Shown here: piece after piece, positions 61,167 through 64,000 of the stretch
How positions within the stretch are numbered: position 1 is the first letter of the stretch
Layout of the letters: each line of letters begins with the position of its first letter
Assembly (NCBI GenBank): GCA_963716255.1
Contig: OY970303.1
Coordinates: 4,256,001 to 4,320,000, forward strand
Length of the DNA stretch: 64,000 bases
Origin: an uncultured Gemmatimonadales bacterium
Lineage (GTDB): Bacteria > Gemmatimonadota > Gemmatimonadetes > Longimicrobiales > Longimicrobiaceae
Direction: 5' to 3'
Position numbers and translations under genes: made by a program
The notes under the pieces: generated by a model
What the model was told of the DNA's origin: nothing
The model's database searches: none
Seen by the model: only the letters and a program-made list of their open reading frames with translations

Positions 61167-61174
61167 GCGTCGTC

Positions 61175-61212
61175 AGGGCCCGCCGTCCTCGCGATGGCGG
61201 GCCCTCGTCTTT
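61175..61212 (+). terminator. Second terminator-like hairpin in the metK leader
   Basis: AGGGCCCGCCGTC-CTCGC-GATGGCGGGCCCT followed by CGTCTTT (weak U-tract). Confidence 0.55.
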
Positions 61213-61256
61213 GCCACGACGCTCCACCCCGCACCGCACCACGCTTCAGGAGAGCC

Positions 61257-62399
61257 ATGAGCACCGTCCTCGACTCCGCCGACGCCCCCGCGGCCGTCAC
61301 CTATACCTTCACCTCCGAGTCCGTGTCGGAGGGACACCCGGACAAGGTCTGCGACTTCATCGCCGACTCCATCCTGGACGCCCACCTGGAGCAGGACCCC
61401 AGGAGCCGCGTCGCGTGCGAGGTGCTCTGCAAGGAGGACACGGTGGTGCTGGCGGGCGAGATCACCTCGGGCGCGAAGGTGGACTTCGAGGCCGTCGTGC
61501 GCGCGGCGATCCGCGAGATCGGCTACACGGACGCGGACCAGCCCTTCCGCGCCGACGACGTGAAGATCCTTTCGTTCCTGTCGGCGCAGGCGGCCGAGAT
61601 CGACCAGGGCGTCACCGCCACCACTTCGCTGGTGGGCGAGCAGGGCGCGGGCGACCAGGGGATCATGTTCGGCTACGCCACGGACGAGACGCCGGAGCTG
61701 ATGCCGCTCCCCATCCTCCTGTCGCACCGCCTGGCGCGCGTGCTGGCGCGGCACCGCAAGGAGGGCACGGTGGACTGGCTCCGCCCGGACGCGAAGACGC
61801 AGGTGTCGGTGCAGTACGAGGGCAACCGGCCGGTCGCCGTGACCGACGTGCTCATCTCCACGCAGCACACCGCCGCGGCGGAGCGCGACGTCATCCGCCA
61901 CTTCCTGGCGACCACGGTGATCCCCCAGGCGCTGGACGGCTGGTACCACGACGACCTGCGCGTGCTGGTGAACCCCACCGGGAGCTTCGTGCAGGGCGGG
62001 CCGTCCGCGGACGCGGGCGTGACCGGGCGCAAGATCATCGTGGACACCTACGGCGGCGCGGGGCGGCACGGCGGCGGCGCCTTCTCCGGCAAGGACCCCA
62101 GCAAGGTGGACCGCAGCGGCGCCTACTACTGCCGCTACGTTGCGCGGCAGGTGGTCAAGGCCGGGCTGGCGAAGAAGGCCGAGGTGCAGGTGGCGTACGC
62201 CATCGGCGTGGCGCAGCCGGTCTCGGTGAAGGTGGACACCTTCGGCACGGGCGACGAGCGCAGGGCGGCGGACTTCGTGCGCGGCTTCGACTTCCGTCCC
62301 GCGGCGATCATCGAGCAGCTGGACCTGCTGCGGCCGTTCTACCGCCAGACCACCAACTACGGCCACTTCGGCAAGGCGGAGCTGCCCTGGGAGGCGTGA
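61257..62399 (+). CDS. metK: S-adenosylmethionine synthetase
   Basis: FTSESVSEGHPDK, GAGDQG, GGGAFSGKD, YGHFG; AGGAG RBS. Confidence 0.97.
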   Translation: MSTVLDSADAPAAVTYTFTSESVSEGHPDKVCDFIADSILDAHLEQDPRSRVACEVLCKEDTVVLAGEITSGAKVDFEAVVRAAIREIGYTDADQPFRADDVKILSFLSAQAAEIDQGVTATTSLVGEQGAGDQGIMFGYATDETPELMPLPILLSHRLARVLARHRKEGTVDWLRPDAKTQVSVQYEGNRPVAVTDVLISTQHTAAAERDVIRHFLATTVIPQALDGWYHDDLRVLVNPTGSFVQGGPSADAGVTGRKIIVDTYGGAGRHGGGAFSGKDPSKVDRSGAYYCRYVARQVVKAGLAKKAEVQVAYAIGVAQPVSVKVDTFGTGDERRAADFVRGFDFRPAAIIEQLDLLRPFYRQTTNYGHFGKAELPWEA

Positions 62400-62647
62400 G
62401 CCGAGGACGAAGTGCGGGAGTGAACGGCGCTCCCGCGTCTGCGGTCGAGAAAGACGAAGGGGCGTCGCGCGAGGCATCGCGCGGCGCCCCTTCGCCGTTC
62501 CGGCGGGCGTCTGCGGACCGGATGGCCGCGGCGGGGCACAGCACGGTCCGCCGGCGTCCGCTGATCCCGGCACGGAACGTGATTTGCGGCTCCCGGTGTG
62601 GCTCACCCCTCCGGTGACCGCGGAAACGAACACCAGCGAAGGACGCG

Positions 62648-62878
62648 ATGGACACCGAGAACCAGCGCCGCCGGGACGTGCAGTCCGTCTCTCCCGGGAC
62701 TCCGCAGATCAGCGAGGACGACAGCGACGAGGGGCCGCTGCACGCCATCATCTCCGAGGAGACCGAGCGCCTGGGCGCCCGCGGGCCGGAGCGCATCGAC
62801 CGCGGCGACCCGAGCGAGGTGCAGAAGGGCGAGGACGACGGCGCGCTGGGGCTGACGCGCACCGGCCAGGACGGGTAG
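62648..62878 (+). CDS. Small acidic hypothetical protein
   Basis: AAGGA RBS, ATG, host-like codons. Confidence 0.5.
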   Translation: MDTENQRRRDVQSVSPGTPQISEDDSDEGPLHAIISEETERLGARGPERIDRGDPSEVQKGEDDGALGLTRTGQDG

Positions 62879-62885
62879 GGCCGCC

Positions 62886-63137
62886 ATGGACATCCTCACC
62901 TGGATCATCGTCGGCCTGGTGGCGGGGGTGCTCGCCTCGCTGCTGGTGGGCGGCTACGGGCTGATCGCGGACATCGTCATCGGCATCGTCGGCGCCTTCG
63001 TCGGCGGCTGGCTCTTCGGCCAGCTCGGGGTCACCACGCCCTTCGGGGGGCTCGCGGGGACCATCTTCACGGCGTTCATCGGGGCGGTGGTGCTGCTCGT
63101 GCTGCTGCGCGTGCTGCGGAGCGTCGGGCGCAGGTAG
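62886..63137 (+). CDS. GlsB/YeaQ/YmgE (transglycosylase-associated) membrane protein
   Basis: WIIVGLVAG.LA, DIVIGIVGAFVGGWL, AFIGAVVLL. Confidence 0.9.
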   Translation: MDILTWIIVGLVAGVLASLLVGGYGLIADIVIGIVGAFVGGWLFGQLGVTTPFGGLAGTIFTAFIGAVVLLVLLRVLRSVGRR

Positions 63138-63303
63138 CGTCCGGAGCCGGAGAAGCGGGCGCGGAGCGGTCCGGCTCCTCGCCGCGCTCCCGCGTTCCCC
63201 CTCGTGCAGGCCGGCGTGTCATGGAACGGCACGTCCGGTGCGGTGGAGACGGCGCCACCCGTGAGCCCGGACCTTCCACTCCCTCTGCGCCGGAGTGCAT
63301 CCC

Positions 63304-63603
63304 ATGCACATGAGCATCCGGCAGTATCCCATCGCCTGGGGCAAGCTGGACGAGACCCTCCGCCGCGCGCGCGCGGGGTTCATCCCGCTCGTCCGCGGCA
63401 TGCCCGGCTTCGTCGCGTACCAGGTCATGGACCCCGGCGATACCACGCTGATCACGGTGAGCGTGTTCGAGACGGAGGCCGGCGGCAGGGAGTGCAACCG
63501 GCGGGCGACCGAGTGGGTGGACGAGTTCCTGGGCGACCTGGTGACGGGACCGCCCCGGATCATGGCGGGGCCGGTGGTCGTGGATGGGGGTTCTGAGGGG
63601 TGA
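63304..63603 (+). CDS. ABM/Dabb-like hypothetical protein
   Basis: FIPLVRGMPGFVAY, ITVSVFET...NRRATEWV. Confidence 0.65.
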   Translation: MHMSIRQYPIAWGKLDETLRRARAGFIPLVRGMPGFVAYQVMDPGDTTLITVSVFETEAGGRECNRRATEWVDEFLGDLVTGPPRIMAGPVVVDGGSEG

Positions 63604-63636
63604 TGCCGTAGGTGGGTGTCGGGGCGGGTGAGTCGA

Positions 63637-63792
63637 GGCGGGCCGCTACGGAGCCCGGCCAAACTGCCGGCCGGTCTCCTCCGCGGGCTCCGGGAGCCAG
63701 CCAAACAGCCGGCTGTCTCCCTCCGCCGGGGGGAGCCTCGCCAAACCGCCGGCGAGTCTCCCCCCGAACAGATTCGTGTGGGTACTGCGGAA
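63637..63792 (-). repeat. Repeat family B copy 3
   Basis: Three GGAGCC-stem-AAACNGCC-stem-GTCTCC units plus the GGTACTGCGG tail. Confidence 0.88.
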
Positions 63793-64000
63793 CTGCAACT
63801 GCGAACGGCGACGGCGGAACGGCGCTTCGGCATGCGCACTTCCGCCGTCTGCGTGGTGACGCCCTCCTGCGGCGCCGCGCGATTCTCCTGCCTTCCACCA
63901 GTAGCCCCGAGCCGCCGTGCAGCACCACATCTGCGCCACCTGCGGCACCCAGTTTTCCGCTTCGGACGCTCCGCCGGCCGCCTGCCCGGTCTGCGAGGAC

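Noticed and set aside
60970..61250. SAM-I, SAM-III or SAH riboswitch in the metK leader
   Set aside because: Core motifs (AUCxAGAG/GCAACC for SAM-I, GAGGAGCG..CAGGCUC for SAH) are absent; the H-type pseudoknot SAM-II/V pattern fits better

Overview
Very GC-rich bacterial chromosome segment. The gene content (carboxypeptidase-regulatory/TonB-plug proteins, S9 peptidase, MacB-type permeases) suggests Gemmatimonadota, Longimicrobium-like; this is inference. Housekeeping content: SbcC/Rad50 C-terminal part, nfi, lipA-pdhA-pdhB-pdhC (pdhA frameshifted), an ARG-box-controlled argC-argB-argD-argA-argG-argH operon, and metK. Most interesting: (1) a promoter followed by two tandem SAM-II/SAM-V-type pseudoknot aptamers, each with its own terminator-like hairpin and antiterminator, upstream of metK; (2) a lower-GC island of FRG + Beta-family + Sce7726-like nuclease genes between two orphan antitoxins, a candidate defence system; (3) a four-gene operon ending in a secreted 8-Cys peptide, with a CxxT thioredoxin-fold protein and a beta-propeller lipoprotein; (4) a 69-aa lipopeptide with a duplicated NGSTFGTG core that has diverged synonymously, next to a methyltransferase; (5) two dispersed intergenic repeat families built on a shared covarying hairpin with a conserved GCNGTTT loop; (6) a TIR-TM-WD40 protein. 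No CRISPR array, tRNA, rRNA or intact transposase was recognised. All family calls come from motif recognition by eye, not database searches.
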